Below, piece after piece: positions 23,601 to 38,900 of a stretch of DNA of 64,000 nucleotides (the stretch's first letter is position 1; every line of letters begins with the position of its first letter). The notes beneath the pieces were generated by a model. It was given only the letters and a program-made list of their open reading frames with translations. It searched no databases and was not told the origin of the DNA. This DNA is from Phoronis australis (taxonomy: Eukaryota > Animalia > Phoronida): positions 270,782 to 334,781 of the forward strand of contig NMRA01000479.1 in assembly GCA_002633005.1 (NCBI GenBank), read 5' to 3'. The translations under genes were made by a program, and so were the position numbers.

Positions 23601-26600
23601 CTTCCTGGTCGGGCAAACCCCCTCCCGACACCTCATTCGGTGCTATGCGCATCTAATTGTGCTTTGCGCAAATGTTTTCAGACAAAAATGTAGGGCCCCC
23701 CTTGTGATATCCTAGATCCGCCACTGTAATAGTAATTCACGCAACCTTGATTAAATTGTCATCGCATTACAGGCTCATTTGCGGGAGTCCTTGATCTTCC
23801 TTTTGCTTTGGTCCATATTACACTTACAAAGTATTCTACACGACCTGTTTGACTTTGCCTCTGATCGGTTTTAATAGCATGCTTCAATGAAGTTTTGAGA
23901 CAGCTTGACTGACGACGTGTGAATATTGTCGTCTGGAAATGTGTATCCTACCCTGCTAACATGCCGCAAAATCTATTTGTTTCTGAATGGTTTTAATTCT
24001 AGCTCAAACACTACAAAGCCTGATAACCTTGTTGTAAACAAAAAACTAAGCAATTAAATGGTATTTCTATTTGTCCGACAAGTTACACAAAACATTAATG
24101 TCGAGATCTGAAAGACTCAGCACCATCACAAAATGAGTGTGGGTGAAAATACTGAAGTTAATAGGGTCCACTAAACGTTTCCAGAACCCAATCAAGATGT
24201 CACATGATCACATCCAACAAGAAAAATGCGATTTCTCAGCAGGTGCAAATCTAAATTAATACATACAAGATTTTACTATACATTCTAAACCAAAATAATG
24301 GTGATCCTTTACAATTAGTAATTTAATATTTTTCAATGTTAATGGTTTCATCACTTTTGAATGCAATTATTGAAGCCCATGAAAATCTATTCAGAGTTTA
24401 TCACAAACACCCGCCTCACCAAATTTCCCACTGCTGAGTGTGCGTGTTAACAAGACATTGCAACTCGAAAACGGCGTGGAAGAATGAACATTGACCACTG
24501 GGCCTACATTTCAGCTTAAAATCGAACTCTTAAAAACATAAGTCATCAGGGGTAGGCAAGGTAATTACATCACCCTGAATGTCGAGGAAGTTACATGAAA
24601 TCACATCTACTGATGAATAAAAAGTCCACGGGACAGGAATTTTACAAATTCCATCTGATATCTTCCCAATGCTATTTTTTGCCACATCACGTGCTTTGCT
24701 CAGTCTCACACTTATCCTTACCTAACTCATGTAACCACAGTTGAAATAGTTTATGGTTATTGCGCACAACAAATAAGTTAATGGCGACTAAAAAGTGGAG
24801 TTAGAATTCTTTGCCAAAGTCATCTTATTTCCCGTAAACATGTTTCATGAAAGGTATGTATAGAACCAGAAAGGAGCCCTGAAGAAAGTAAGCGCTTTTT
24901 AAGTGATAATTTTAAGTGTCAAAAGTGCCTTTTTGACGATATGAAAACCTCTTTGTCGGTAAGTGGATTTCGCCTACTGCCTGTTTAAATGCACGGGACG
25001 AAATTAGTACAGAAAGTATTGTAGCCCTTACCCAGCCAGATGAGGGGTAGGCCAACCTGCATGAAAGCAGGCTTACGAGAAACAATGGATACGGGAAAGG
25101 TAATAATTTAAATGCAATTAAACTCATTTTCAACCAATAACAAAAACAATAGACCTAACGCGCAAGAACTAATACGTTAAAATGCACACCATTTTCTGAT
25201 TTTATCCTGCCATTGTCTAGTACTTACCTCTGACTTTTTGAGCTTTGGGTAGCAGACGGTGTCGAATTTCACTTGCGTCAACCTCTCTTGAGTTTCGTGT
25301 CCAAGCCAGTTGGGAAACTTAACGAAACAGATCAGTGCTTACAAGCTTAACCACCGTCGGTGTCTGCCCTCTGGCCACACTTATCCCCAGCTTGGCACTT
25401 CTCGCCTACTTTGAAAAAATCCGCCATCGCATAGGATAGGACTACCTGCTCAGACATCACGGGAACTACGGCTTAAACGTGTAGGAATGTTTACTTCGAA
25501 AAAGGACGAATGTATACCTACGCCTAAAAACAAGAGCTCAATTGCTATTTGTTTTAACAAATTACTTCTCCTTATTGTGTAATATGTTATATTCTGTGAT
25601 TTGAAACTTAATGTTTGAAACAAATTGATTTTGGTATATTTGGCCACCTGGTTGGAAATTTTAAGTTGTATCATTGAGACAAATCACAACATCACTTTTG
25701 GAAATTCTTACACTCTGCTCACACACAAGGTGGTACATTTCAATATTAAAAAAAAAAATATATTTTCTGCCCAAGAAAGAAAATTCAAAGTTCTAAAATG
25801 CTTAGTTTTGTGCAAGAAATCCGTTTAAGTAGGTATATTAATTTCAAAATAACTTTTAGTTTTTTGCCAACAGTTGACAGGCACATATTTTTATGGTATA
25901 ATGAGGTATCATTAAACGATTATGTACCTGACCAAGCAGCCCAGGCAACTGGACTAAATTCAACGGGCTATTGTGTTCGAATTAGCAAACTCCAACTGTC
26001 TGAGGATGATCATCCAAGGGTCAATTTTTACCTGGGCAGGGTCTGTCATGTCTAGGACAAGAGGAACTGCCATGTATGTCATTTGCATATTATTATGGTG
26101 GATTGATGGTATGCACTATGCTTTGTGTTAGCCTGCGGGTTTGGGCTCTTACAGGTATACACTGTATGTTTTGATTTACTGATGGTAGACTTTTGTACAC
26201 TGACAGCACAATTTACAGTAAGCATAAGAAAAATTGTAGTTTTATTAACTTTTGCATTGGGTTCTCTGCTTTGTAACATTTGCTAGTCTATTTACGGTTA
26301 TACTGTAACACACATTGTTTTCAATTGTTAAGGCCATAATACATGTTGGAACAATATCAGGAATTCATAGGATTTACAGGAACAGAAAAACAAACAGACA
26401 CAGCCAGCTAGACAAAGTCAGCCAGAGAGACACAGCCAGACAGAGAGACACAGCCAGACAGGGAGACACCGCCAGACAGAGAGACACCGCCAGAGAGAGA
26501 GACACAGCCAGACAGAGAGACAAAGCCAAGATGGGGAGACACAGCCAGGCAGACAGACAGACAGAGATACACAGACAGACACAGACAGGCAGACACAGCC

Positions 26601-29600
26601 AATCCGGCACAGACAGAGATGCAGACAGAGTGACATAAAGAGTGACTTACTAACAGAAAGGCAGACAGACAAACACAGACAGATAGAAGATAGAGAGAGA
26701 GGCAGACACCCAGAAAGATCGTACAGACTTACCTGTCAATAGATCTTGACAATATGGCTGAGTAAAGGAGCAGAATGACTCCACAGCTGCCATCCATCTC
26801 AAAGACATGTATGTTGGCTTTAAGAAATGTGAGCAACTCTTCATGTGAGGTAAAATGGTTAAGCACCAGCTGAAAATATTGTAAGAAACTTTATACGAAA
26901 CAAGTAATGCTTACATTCATTTTATGTATTTATTCCATAATTAAAAGGATATCTTGGGCGAGACAAATGATTTTCTGAAATCAGTCTCAGGGTGGAATTG
27001 AACCTGCAACCTCCGAGGTCGCAGCATAATGCTCTGCTAATGATGTAAAATGACATTAAAAAATGGAAGAGCATTTTAAGAATATTTAACTGGTACAGAG
27101 AAAGGCCTTGACTTATAAGAATGTCTAGCACACAACGGTGAGAATTGGTGAGTTATAATAAAATCACAAAACAACAGACTTTGCTATTTATAGCTCAGGT
27201 CAAAATTAATAACTTTAAGCAGTCCATCCCATGCAGCAATAATTTCAATGTGTTTTTTGGCAGTCAAGCTGATAATGTCCGTTTAAATGATTCTAAACTA
27301 CTCAAACAAGAACAACACAGAGCGTTCATATGTGCTAATAATGTGCATCGCATACTGCCCTATTAAAAGGGATGATCATAATTATAGCCTCTAGGGGGTG
27401 CTGCCCCAAAATCAACAATGTATTCCTGACTAGAAAACCGGGATTTATACATTAAGATTCCAAAACTAAAAGTCCAATTTTCCAAAAAAAAAACTGACGG
27501 GACATGCTTCGTTTCCACCAGCACCGACGGTCCATCAGTACCGCTGCAGCCACGGCGCCATACAGTGGTGTATCCATCAAACAGCATGGTACTGGGAAGT
27601 GGAAATAAAAATGTTGTTGACAACTTGTTTATTCAATAACTTCAAAATGGAATACTGAAAACTTTACCTCTATGTTAGACTTATTGGGCTTAGTCAATGT
27701 TGACATCGCTAGTATGAAAGTTGCAATCTTTTTTGAGTAAATTGTTTTCGCATACAGTTTCACACATGTTTGTACAGGCTAATACGTTAACGATCACAGT
27801 ATAATTTGCCTTTAAATTATTTCTTGACTAGTTTTTTGTAAGGATCACAAAATTAAATCACAACACTGGACACAGTGATGTCCCAAGATAATAGTTATTT
27901 TACCTAAACAGCGCTAAATATATCTTCAATTTCAATTTGCAGGCATTTGGACATTGGAAACTACATGCAACCTTTTCATAAAATTTTCCTTCGATCTGAA
28001 TGTCACATTATGAAATGTTTAGTGAATTATCACCTTATAAAGTTATGCGCCACTTAAATGCTTTTCACTTTTATGTAAGATTCATACACAACAGGCAACG
28101 AATGTGCAGAGTTTTGCCATTGAACGTTCCATCTTTCTGACGCCAAATTCAAACAAACGTTTTGAAGGTATTGACTAAAAGAATGCAGTGCAAGATATGA
28201 GACAAAGAAAACAGGTTCGACTGTCAAGACCATGTTTGATAACAAAAGCAACGCGGAGCGTTGAAATGCGCCCACGAATGCATCGCAAATGGTATGCTTA
28301 TAGAGTTGTTTATTTGTATCATCAAAACGGCCACTAGATGGCGCAAAATACGTCGAATCCGTTTGAAAACCAGAAAATGTCATCTTTTCGTTAAAAGAAA
28401 CCAATTTACCAAATTTCATTAAAATTCATCAAGCAACTTGAGAGAAACAGAGGAAAATGAAAAAAAAAAGAAATTGCCACTAGGGGCGCAGTGTTCGTGG
28501 GATCCGTCTAAAAGTTATCGTCTTCTCTTGTTAACTTCACATAAATACACAAGCTAAATTTAATAAAGATCCTGCAGAGGGCTTAGAAGATACAAGTATA
28601 GGTGCAAAAAACAAAACCACCACTAGGAGGCGGCAATTACTCGTCAACCGTCCCCTTCATAGAAAGAACATACATGCCAACTTTCACAATCATCCTTAGA
28701 GTGGTTTGGTTGACAGAGGGACGAACGCCACAAAACAGACTCAAAAACAACAAAAATGGCCACTAGGTGTCGCAAAATACCTTGAATCAATTCGAAGATG
28801 AATGGCTAGCATCACCTCACTAATAGATGCCTATCTGCCAAATTTTATGGAAATCCGTTTGAAGATACGAGGTAAACGTAAAAAACTATAATTGCCACAA
28901 GGGGGCACACCGGTAAACCGATCTGTCCGAAAGTCTGTTCTCAACTTCATAAAAATACATTTGCTAAATTTAATAAAGATCCTGTAGAGCGTTTAGGAGA
29001 TAAAGCCATGGCGCAAAAAGCAAATTTCATCAAAATTGGACTAGGGGTATTGAGATATCAAGCATACAACTGGACACAGCGGCGACAGTATGCGAACGTG
29101 AGCGCATAAAAAGCTTTGTCGAAAACAAAATGGCCACTAGGAGGTGTGGCAGAAGTCGAATCCACCCGAAAATTGAATGAAGCCAGTGCACTGATATTAG
29201 ATACATTTGTGTAATGTTTCACTGAAATCTGTCAATCCATTCCCTAGATATCATCCGGAAACTTTCTTCCCAAAAAATACTGAGAAAGCCACGCCCTGCT
29301 AACCCAAGGGGGCACGGCACATTGAAAAGTGGTACAAACCATTCTAATGATGCCCTACACCATTGCCCCAAATTTCCTCAAAATCCAACCAGAGTTTGAG
29401 ACGACACCTGGTTAAACTACTAAGTAACAACTGCAAACTTCGTGTTTGCTAATGTACCGCAGATTAGATGAATAATAAAGCCTTTACTGAACAAAAAACA
29501 TTACAGATATACCAAAGCTTGGAGAGGCAAAATAACTTGCAAATTCACTTAATTTAATAACTTACAGTTTCGGTGAGGTTGTCAGGTTTATAGCGACCGC

Positions 29601-32600
29601 TTCCTACGAAAATAGACCGTCCAGTAGGACTAGAAGAAAAGCATTAGTAAGGCGATAAATATAAAGCAAAACATAGTTGTCAAAGAATTCCCACCGTGAC
29701 CCTGCGTCTCAAAAAGAATTTTATTAATATGTCTTAAGAGATTTCATACCTTTTAGTATACCTGTTGCAACAAAACAAGCCAAAAATTTAAAAACAAATA
29801 TTTTTCTTTTATCGGAGTGTTTGTAATGGGTGGAAGACTGTCTCTGCTGTTGTTGTTTTATACCAGTGCAATACTGAGGAGTTGTGAGGAAAGTCCGCAG
29901 ACAACCACCTTTTACAGACATAAAAACATGCGTTTGTGAAAAGTGTAGTAACAGCAATTTGACTGAGAACGTGTTCAAGTTTCCTAAATACGTGAAAGTT
30001 GCACACAAATGGTGTCGGTTTGTGCACACAAATGGTGTCGGTTTGTGCACACAAATGGTGTCGGTTTGTGCACCGCATGGTGTCGGTTTGTGCACCGCAC
30101 GAGAGTGTGGAATGTCAGTGTGGAACATACGATTCAGTTGGGAGCCACACATTGTTCAGCACATTTCAAGGAATCGTGTTTCGACCAAACACAAAAGTGG
30201 TGCTACAATGAAGGACTCTCCACCTTGTAAGTGTATTTGCAAATTTATAAATAAAGAACGAACTGCTTCCATTCTAGGGCGAGTGATGCCAAGCCCTCGA
30301 CCCTGGCCCAGATTGAGTGCTACGACACGTAGGCTTATGCATTGTCATGGTGTTTAAACCATTCCATCATGGCACTAGTGAATACGAGTGACCCAGGTTT
30401 ACTGTGGCCTTTGCCAGTGATTTTTAAGTGTCTACTTTTGTGAATATTGACCACCCCTTGGTTCAGTTGGTTGTGGCTCACATATGCCTCTAAGATTTCT
30501 CGTGTAGATGGGTCGAGTTCATATGGCCTCAAAGCCCACGAAAGTTCGCTAAGTGGGAAATCAAATTCATTGTCTTATTCTTCAAATACTTGAGTGTAAT
30601 GCCCGTATCCACTCTCCTCTCTGTCTGCATCGTAAGTGTCCATTCTTCGCTCAAAATCGTCCTCGTCTTCTGAGCTGCTGTGTTCCACCATTGCAATTGA
30701 CTGTCAAGTGACCAAACATTTTCCACCCAATACATCATTTTGCAGGAAACTTGGAAATAACTAATTTTTCTTCAACTTAAAAAAATTCGTGACTATTTGG
30801 CATAAAAAGTGCTTAGTTAGTTAGATTTTATGGTATTCATTTCGTATTAGCTAACTGGAACCTCAAAAACTAAGAAAACACATCGTGGGAACTCTGTAAG
30901 TTATACCAAAACATAATCAGTTGTTCAGCCATGTTCAAATCAATATTTACTCCTCCACACACTCCCAATTTTATACACATCAGCTGTAAGAAGACTACAA
31001 AGCAACCGCGTACATTGCCACAACTGCCATCTCTTGTTCACCAGCTCTCCACAAGATGTCTCTAAGTGCTGTAGCTAAACACAAACTCCTGAGCTCTCTG
31101 TCTGGTGTAAGTCTGAAAACATAGCAAAGGTTAAAAGTTGAAAATTTGTAGGAAAAGCTAAAAAGAACTTAGTAATCCATAATGCTCAGTTACTGGAGTA
31201 GAGACTATTCTTCATCTCAACAAACTTCACATCGAGTATCAGGTTTCAAATTAGTAAAAAAATCTCTTGTCAGTGTTAAAATATCACTTCATTGATGTTA
31301 TTTGCTGACTTCTTATGGGGGTGTAAAAGTCCAATGAGCCATGAGCTTTGCAGACTGATTATTTTTCAGTGAAGCTAGTGATGTGAAATTGTGTTGGATG
31401 CTTTTTTAGGGTTCCACTAAATGTTCATAAATGCCATGTAGTGCTAGTTAGGACACTTAATGCAACTTGGCTATAGTACGAACAGTTCATTTTGGCTATA
31501 GTGCATGCTGTTCAAGTTTTCACAAGCATATTAAAAAGTTGAAGGAGTACAAAACTCACTTGTTCTTCACTTCCTTGCCAACACCAAACAGCAGTTCCTT
31601 CAACATGCAGGCCTGAACTGAAGCAATGACACCACAGGGTCCACCCTGATAAACATGCATCCAAAGTAGGAATGATCAATGCGTTTTGAGGAGTTTAAAT
31701 CAAAACACAATCCATTCACTTTGTTTTATACAGTAGCACAAACAGTTATCAAAGAAATTACATTGGTGTGGATGATCAAGAACATTAGTTGTGATTCCAA
31801 AGATACTGTAAGTAGGGACAGATTGAATTTTCCATGGGGCAACTTAATCTGACCATTCAAAACCCCAGTAAGTGCCATCTCTGAAAATTATTATTAGTTT
31901 GTTTTGGCTTGAACTATTAGTTTTGATTTAATAGTTCGCATTATACAAGACGTTAGCGTTCATATGATACAGGTTTGAGTTCACATGATACAAATTAGCA
32001 ATCTCTGACATACCGACACAATTGTATGCTACTGACCCACACCGCTGGAATAAAAATAAGTCAATAATTTAAGACTCGCGACATATGTCAGAACAATGTT
32101 CTCACCTTATGTTGTATAATGCCGTACTCGAGGCCTGGCATGTCACAAAAACCAAAACTTTGATTTTTCCACTCATTGTTAAATGCCTGCGACGCCAAGC
32201 CAAATATAAGGGTCTTCAACTCCTGGAGAAAAAAAAACAAGCTAAACTTTTGAATATTACACAGCTTGCATGGATATCCTGGAATTTTTGTATGTGATTG
32301 GAAATCTTATTGTATGTATTATGTGCACACATCTTGAACGTTTGTCACTTTTTCTGGAGATATTGGTTCACAAGCGAATAGACACATTCACCCAGCAAAT
32401 GAGCGACATTTAACTTTGGATATAGTCTATTATAAAATGCACATAACATGAAATAAACATACATGAGATCAAAACAATCAAAAAAAAATATTGAGTGTGT
32501 ACTCAACGTTTATAGGGTGTTACACGTCAAACTGAGGGGGGGGCCATCAGATGAGCTTTCTATTATTTATTTACATCCGTCTATTGAGAGCATGTTGGCT

Positions 32601-35600
32601 ACGCTACAATAACAAAAAATTTATTTCGTCAGTCTCGCGTGATCGTATGTCAAAAAACATCAACATTACACATAACTATTACTCATTCATCGATAACTTG
32701 ACACTGTTATGAATACTTCATCTATTAAAAAACATCAAGTAATGCAGAAAGGTAACAGAGAGCTTACCACAGCTGTATGAATGTCTATTGGACGTGAATC
32801 TGTTATACTCGTTAGTGACCTACTGACAGGGGGCACTGGTGCCTGAAGGTCAAGATTTGCAACTTCAGCATCAAGGTCATCAACATCACCAATCTCTACA
32901 TCACCGACTGCACAGGCAGCAGTTGTGACAGTCTCTGATCTGAAGGAAGCATTTAAATACAATTAATAAAAATAACATAATATCCAGCACATTTTCAATC
33001 TGTCTGCTATTCAGCCAAATAATAGAACTGCTCCTTCCCCAAACAACACATCAAAACCCTTGAGAACAAAATGGCCACTGGGAGTGACAAATCCACACAA
33101 AAATTTAATGGTGATGGTGCATTGATGTCACATACCCAAGTGTCAAGTTTCCTTAAAATCCATCAATCAATTAAAAGACATCGGAAATGGTTTTCTTGAA
33201 AATAACATCTAGGAGGTGCAGCAGTGCTTGAATCCACCCCATAATCAAATGGTGCCAATACATTGACACGGATACCTCGGTTTCAAGTTTTATCCAAATC
33301 CGTCAGTCGGCTCTCTTGATATCATCCGGAAACGCTCTTCCCTCAAACAACACTTCAAAAATCTCCTTGACTAGGACAAAATGGCCACTAGGAGGTGCTG
33401 CTGCAATGGTCAAATCTGCCCAAAAATTTAACGATGACCATGCAATGACAACGTATACGTCTGTGTCAAGTTTCATTGAAATCCTTCAATCGGTTCTCTA
33501 CATAACATCCAAAAACACCCTCACACAAAATGGCCATTAGGAGACTCTGAAGATGTCAAATCCGCCTAAAAAGTATATTGTCTAGTGCAATTGCACAATA
33601 TACCACTGTGTCAAGTTTTAACGAAATCTGTTAATCAGTTCGTTAGTAGTGAAAACCAGCCATAAATGGTGCTGGCGCAATCTCATATGACTCTGTCAAG
33701 GAATTCTGTCAATTGGTTCTTCAGGTATCATCCAGAAATGCTCTTCCCAAAAACAACACTTCAAAAGCAAAAATAAAATGGCCACTAAGAGGTGCTACAG
33801 TGGTCAAATCAACATGAAAATTTAACAGCGCCGCCGCATTGTCATCACAAACCTCTGTGTCTACATTCATTGATATCCCTCACTCATTTCTCTACGTATC
33901 ATACGGCAACGCTCTTACACAAAATGGTCATTAGGAGACACTGCAGTTGTCGAATCTCCCTGAAAATTTAATGGTGCCGTGGCATTGTCATCACTAACCT
34001 ATGTGTCAATTTAATGGTGCCGTGGCATTGTCATCACTAACCTATGTGTCAATTTAATGGTGCCGTGGCATTGTCATCACTAACCTATGTGTCAATTTAA
34101 TGGTGCCGTGGCATTGTCATCACTAACCTATGTGTCAATTTAATAGTGCCGTGGCATTGTCATCACTAACCTATGTGTCAATTTAATGGTGCCGTGGCAT
34201 TGTCATCACTAACCTATGTGTCAATTCTTCATTCGCTTCTCTACATATCATCCACAAACTCTCGCAAACAAAATGGCTTCCAGAAGGCACTGCAGAAGTC
34301 GAATATGGCTGAAACTCATTTAGTGCTGGCGCAATGTTATCATATTCCCGTGTGTCAAGTTTCAATAGAATTCGCAAATCAGTTCTCTAGATATCGACCA
34401 GAAATACTTGAAAAGCCAATCATTGATAACAAAGTGGCCACTAAGAGGTGCTGCAGTGATGGAATCAGCCCGAAAATTTAATCGTGCCAGCAAACTGATA
34501 CCACACGTTTGTGTCAAATTTCATAAAAATCTGTCAATTTGTTCTCTAGATATCTTCCGAAAATGCTCTTCTCCCAAAAATACAGAAAAAGCTACGCCCT
34601 CCTGACCCCAGGAGGCTGGGCATATTGAAAAGTGGTATGAACTGTTGTAATGATGCCCTAAACCCTTGTGCAAAATTTCGTCAAAACCAGACCAGGGGTT
34701 TTTGAGATATATCAAGCAGACACTCAGACAACCGTACAAAGTGACCACGAGAATATGCGACATGATAAAAACTTATATAGTTGGTGCAAAACCAGATCAC
34801 AATAACAGCACTATGCTCTACCAGTACATTAAAACTGTTCACTACAAAACTTGTTTTACCTCTCAGTTAGCAGAGACTCAGTAGATTCTGTCACAGGGGG
34901 CTTGTCATCTGCAACACAAACTGTGCCTGATATACCATGCACCACCCCCTCACTGGTTAGCGACTCCTTTCGTCTGGCTGGACTGGGACGAACACCATCA
35001 CTACTAGATGGAGTTTCATTTTTCTTAAGATCTGTGTTATCCCATAATAGGTTTTCATGAGATGTTCTCCTGGAAGACCTAGGTCGGGCAACTGGGCTTG
35101 CATTGACCTTCAAAACATCTTTAATAGCGTCTCTAGTCACTGTGTAACGTGACTCCGTATTCACAGCTGGGGCTAATTCAGAGATCGCGTTTGATGTTCT
35201 GAGTGAGACATTAGTTTCACTCCGAGATTTCAGTTCAGTTTTTGGCACGTCAAGATGCTTTTCTGCTAGCTCAACAGATGGCGTTGGTTTTGAACGTAAT
35301 GATGATGAAGGGCGAGCAGAGTGTTTTCGTGGTTGGCGTCTTCGATCTCGTTCCTGTAATACAACACCTCCTCAATGCACAAAGTCAGTGCGTGATGTTC
35401 CGCACTTGCAGAATAAAAAAAATATGCAGAATATTGCGCAACTTTGCTGCTAACAGTCCAATTTAATATAATGCAGAATATCGCACAGACTTTTTGCATA
35501 ATTTCTACGAAATTTGTGAAATGTTCTGCAAGTGCGTAATATCACACATTGACTTCACGTAGTTAATAATTGCGCACGACAAAAATTAAATTGCTAAATT

Positions 35601-35886
35601 AAGAAGATACTAATGGAGCAAATAAAAAGTAACACAGACTGTAAACATGTTTAGGACAAGGTATAGATTTATTATAGCCTAAAGTGAATATAAAGGAGGT
35701 GCGGAATTGTTCTGTCCACTCTGAGATTAAATAAGAAAGCCTCATTTTGTCTCTTTGTTTGTAGTGATGGGCTTCTCAAGTTTACCAGACGAGTGAGTGC
35801 AGTACCAAGGTTGATTATTTAACTGACTGTTTTTGATTTCATGACCTGAACATGACCTTTAATTCTTCACATTATCTATGATTATC

Positions 35887-35918
<32 letters not shown>

Positions 35919-38900
35919 CATCATCATTAATAATGTAATATTTACAATGATTATCTGGTGTATAATGAATAGTATTCCCTTGTGACGAACAGTTCACAAC
36001 CAAACAATGCTGCATTGAACATGAGTTGAATGCCTGTTAGCACCATTGAGGGAAGTCTTGCACAGAAGGTCCTAAATTTCGAGAACCAGTTTGATGCTGT
36101 TTTTCAGCACAGAAAACTGGTTCCCAACATGTGACTGCAACCCTGTTAAGTATATCATGCACAGAGTTTCAAAAGTACTTGACAACTTACATCTAAGTTA
36201 CTAGAGATCGGACCTGCCATTCCTCGCCTGACAGATGACCTGGGCCGACTTACTGGCTGCCTGATTGTACTCTCATCTGGTTTGTCAATCAATCCTGTCT
36301 TTCCTTCACCTAGAATTGTCTCACCCTCAATGTTGTCTTCTATGACTAAATCAATACCAGACTGCTTGGATTGTACCACTGGCTCAGGAGCGGGTGGGGG
36401 TGTTGGCTCTTTGGCTGAAATGAGGATTAGGAAAATAGCATTCTGAATTCAAATAATGCTTTAAATTCTTACTTCTCTGTGTAGTCATTGTCAAAATAAA
36501 TTTCCTTTTAGCCAGTGTAAGGATTTTTTAATTTTAATTCATGTCTTTTTTATTGTAATTGTATATCTATGTCGACAAAATAAATCCAAACAATCAAGAA
36601 AACTGTCTAGAAGGTATTTTAAGGATATCTCAAACATTACTAACAATACAATATTTCACACGTCTAGCAAAATACTTCATCCTCATTCTTGGGGAACTTC
36701 AAATACGAAATATATATTGTGTAGCAAGAAAAAAAATTAACAGAACCACCTTGGAACCACACAACTGCGTGGAAATTCGTTCACTACTTATCCAAGGTCA
36801 AAGATTATGGGGCTGTCACTCAAATCCAATCTCCCACCAGTCACAGAGCGGCTAAGTATATACCCTCAGTCCTTTCATTCGCCGAGTTGCCATAAAATTG
36901 AATCAACGACATGTACATATGATATAATCATGCCGGGGAAAACAAGGACAAATTGTCGTTTTGATCCTGAGGAAGTTGTGTGTCTGCATGCATACGATCG
37001 TTGAGAATGAATGCCATGAGTTGCCTCACGCCTCCGTGACTTTGTGTTTACAAGCACAGCAGGTTGCGAAGAGATAAATCCTCTCCCAAATTCGGTAATT
37101 TGGGTAATTTCAAATTGCGCTGTTTTAATCTCATGCTCACGCCGCGCTTTAACCAGCAACTCGATATCTGTGTCCATCTCATCCTTTGGTTTCTTATCAG
37201 TCTCCCAGCGGGTGGTGCATCTAACAATTGAATGAACTGTTGACCTACTTTAAAGTGGACAAAAATGCACCAACTTGACCCACTTAATATGTTGGTTATG
37301 CCTGCATGGCGTAGTTGGACTCTATGCATTGCTAATCAACTTGGCAGATTAAAAAGTTAGTTTATCTGGTAACTAAGTTCATTATGCACAGCAAATTCAG
37401 ATAACATTGCGCGTGGTAATGGACGTGGGTAAGAGGTGTATAGGCTACATTGACCAAAAACAAATTTTCACTGAATAATTAACCAAAGACCTTGAGACTT
37501 TCATCTCCCACAATTTAGTCGGCTTTTTCTTGGCTTTAGCAAATCGACTTCATTTGAACTTAAGAACACGAGTTCTTGAAAACAGCTCGGTGGATTTCAC
37601 TGAAACTTTACAAACTTGATAATTTATTCATCAATCTCATAACACTGTTAGCATTTTGGATGTAAGGGCCTAGTGTTTGTGTTATTTAACAAAGATGAAT
37701 ATGACTTCTATTTTGTACAAATTTACAATACCTTACATTTTGCAATTTGATTTGTCACAGAAACAAAACGAAAAGACTTATCGAAAATTCCTAACAGTTT
37801 TGAGGTAACTGGTGAAGTTTTCATTTAAAGGGGTTTCATTAAAATCGACTGAAAGATTATTTTGGTACAATGTACCTTTCTTAAAATTGAAATTTTGACT
37901 TAAAAAGGTATAAATGTAATAACAATAAAGGTACATGAAATGTATTTTTATATTCTCTGATCTATTTTCTTTCAGAAAATGTATACTTTTACTAGTTGCC
38001 AAAGCCTAGTTTTTTGATAAACGAGTTGGAATGGAGGCCACTAAATAAGGTTTGAGACAACTTTAGAGGTGTATTTCTTAACGTGATCGGACAAAAGTGG
38101 CTACAAAACAGTTGCGTGTCAGAGGCATTACTTGAGATATTACATGCACTCCACTTCAATTAGTGTAAACTAGATTAAATTTTGAGCCAAGTGAAAAATT
38201 AGAGGCTCTCAGCAAGCCACCATCTTTGTTGGGGAAATTCGTAATTAGTGAGTCAGTCCAAGTAGACCTGGATCTACGAGGCAGTAATACAAAAAATGAA
38301 CTATGAAGTTGAACCGCGCAACACTGCTAACACAATATTAATAGTCAAAGTCCATTGGAAAATGCCAGTTGCTGTGAATCATTAAGATTTGTTTTTTGTG
38401 CATGAACTGGCTGTTTTGAAGGGAAACTGTAAAAACAAGATATTCAACAATTTGGGAAAACGAGATAATTCGTGGATGGAATGAAACAGTCCAGAAAATA
38501 GTGTTCACGCGAGTTTTTCACGAGATGTCAGGGCAACTTTTCATTTGGGTACATGCAATGAAAGATTGTAAAAAGTTCTAAAAAGACCAGTGACAGGAGG
38601 CAGTAGTTATGTGCTAACTGCAAAATGATTTTTCAAAGAGAAATTTCTTAACAAAAATACTTTTAAAAGAGAAAGTCCTAAAAGAAAAAGGAATAAAATT
38701 AATATAGAATGTACCTGGAGGGCAACTAGATGTGTCATGTTCTTCTGTAATTTCTGACCTATAATGTAATATTCAGGTATATTTATACATGTAGCAATAG
38801 TCCCACATCAAATAGACAAGGTCACAGTGACCTTGAGGTCTGCACAAGTTTGATGCAACCTAGCCACATAACCACCTACAGTGTATTTAAATACCCAATG

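Noticed and set aside
26315-26672. Overlapping ORFs with RDTARQ/LCLAVS repeats
   Set aside because: Translations of a microsatellite
29724-30357. Cys/His-rich ORFs of 142-157 aa
   Set aside because: Kept open by the 23-bp tandem repeat; no recognisable domain
30250-30740. Possible transposase remnant on the minus strand (also 48500-49500 and 60000-60600)
   Set aside because: Coding-like composition, but no motif I can assign; needs blastx
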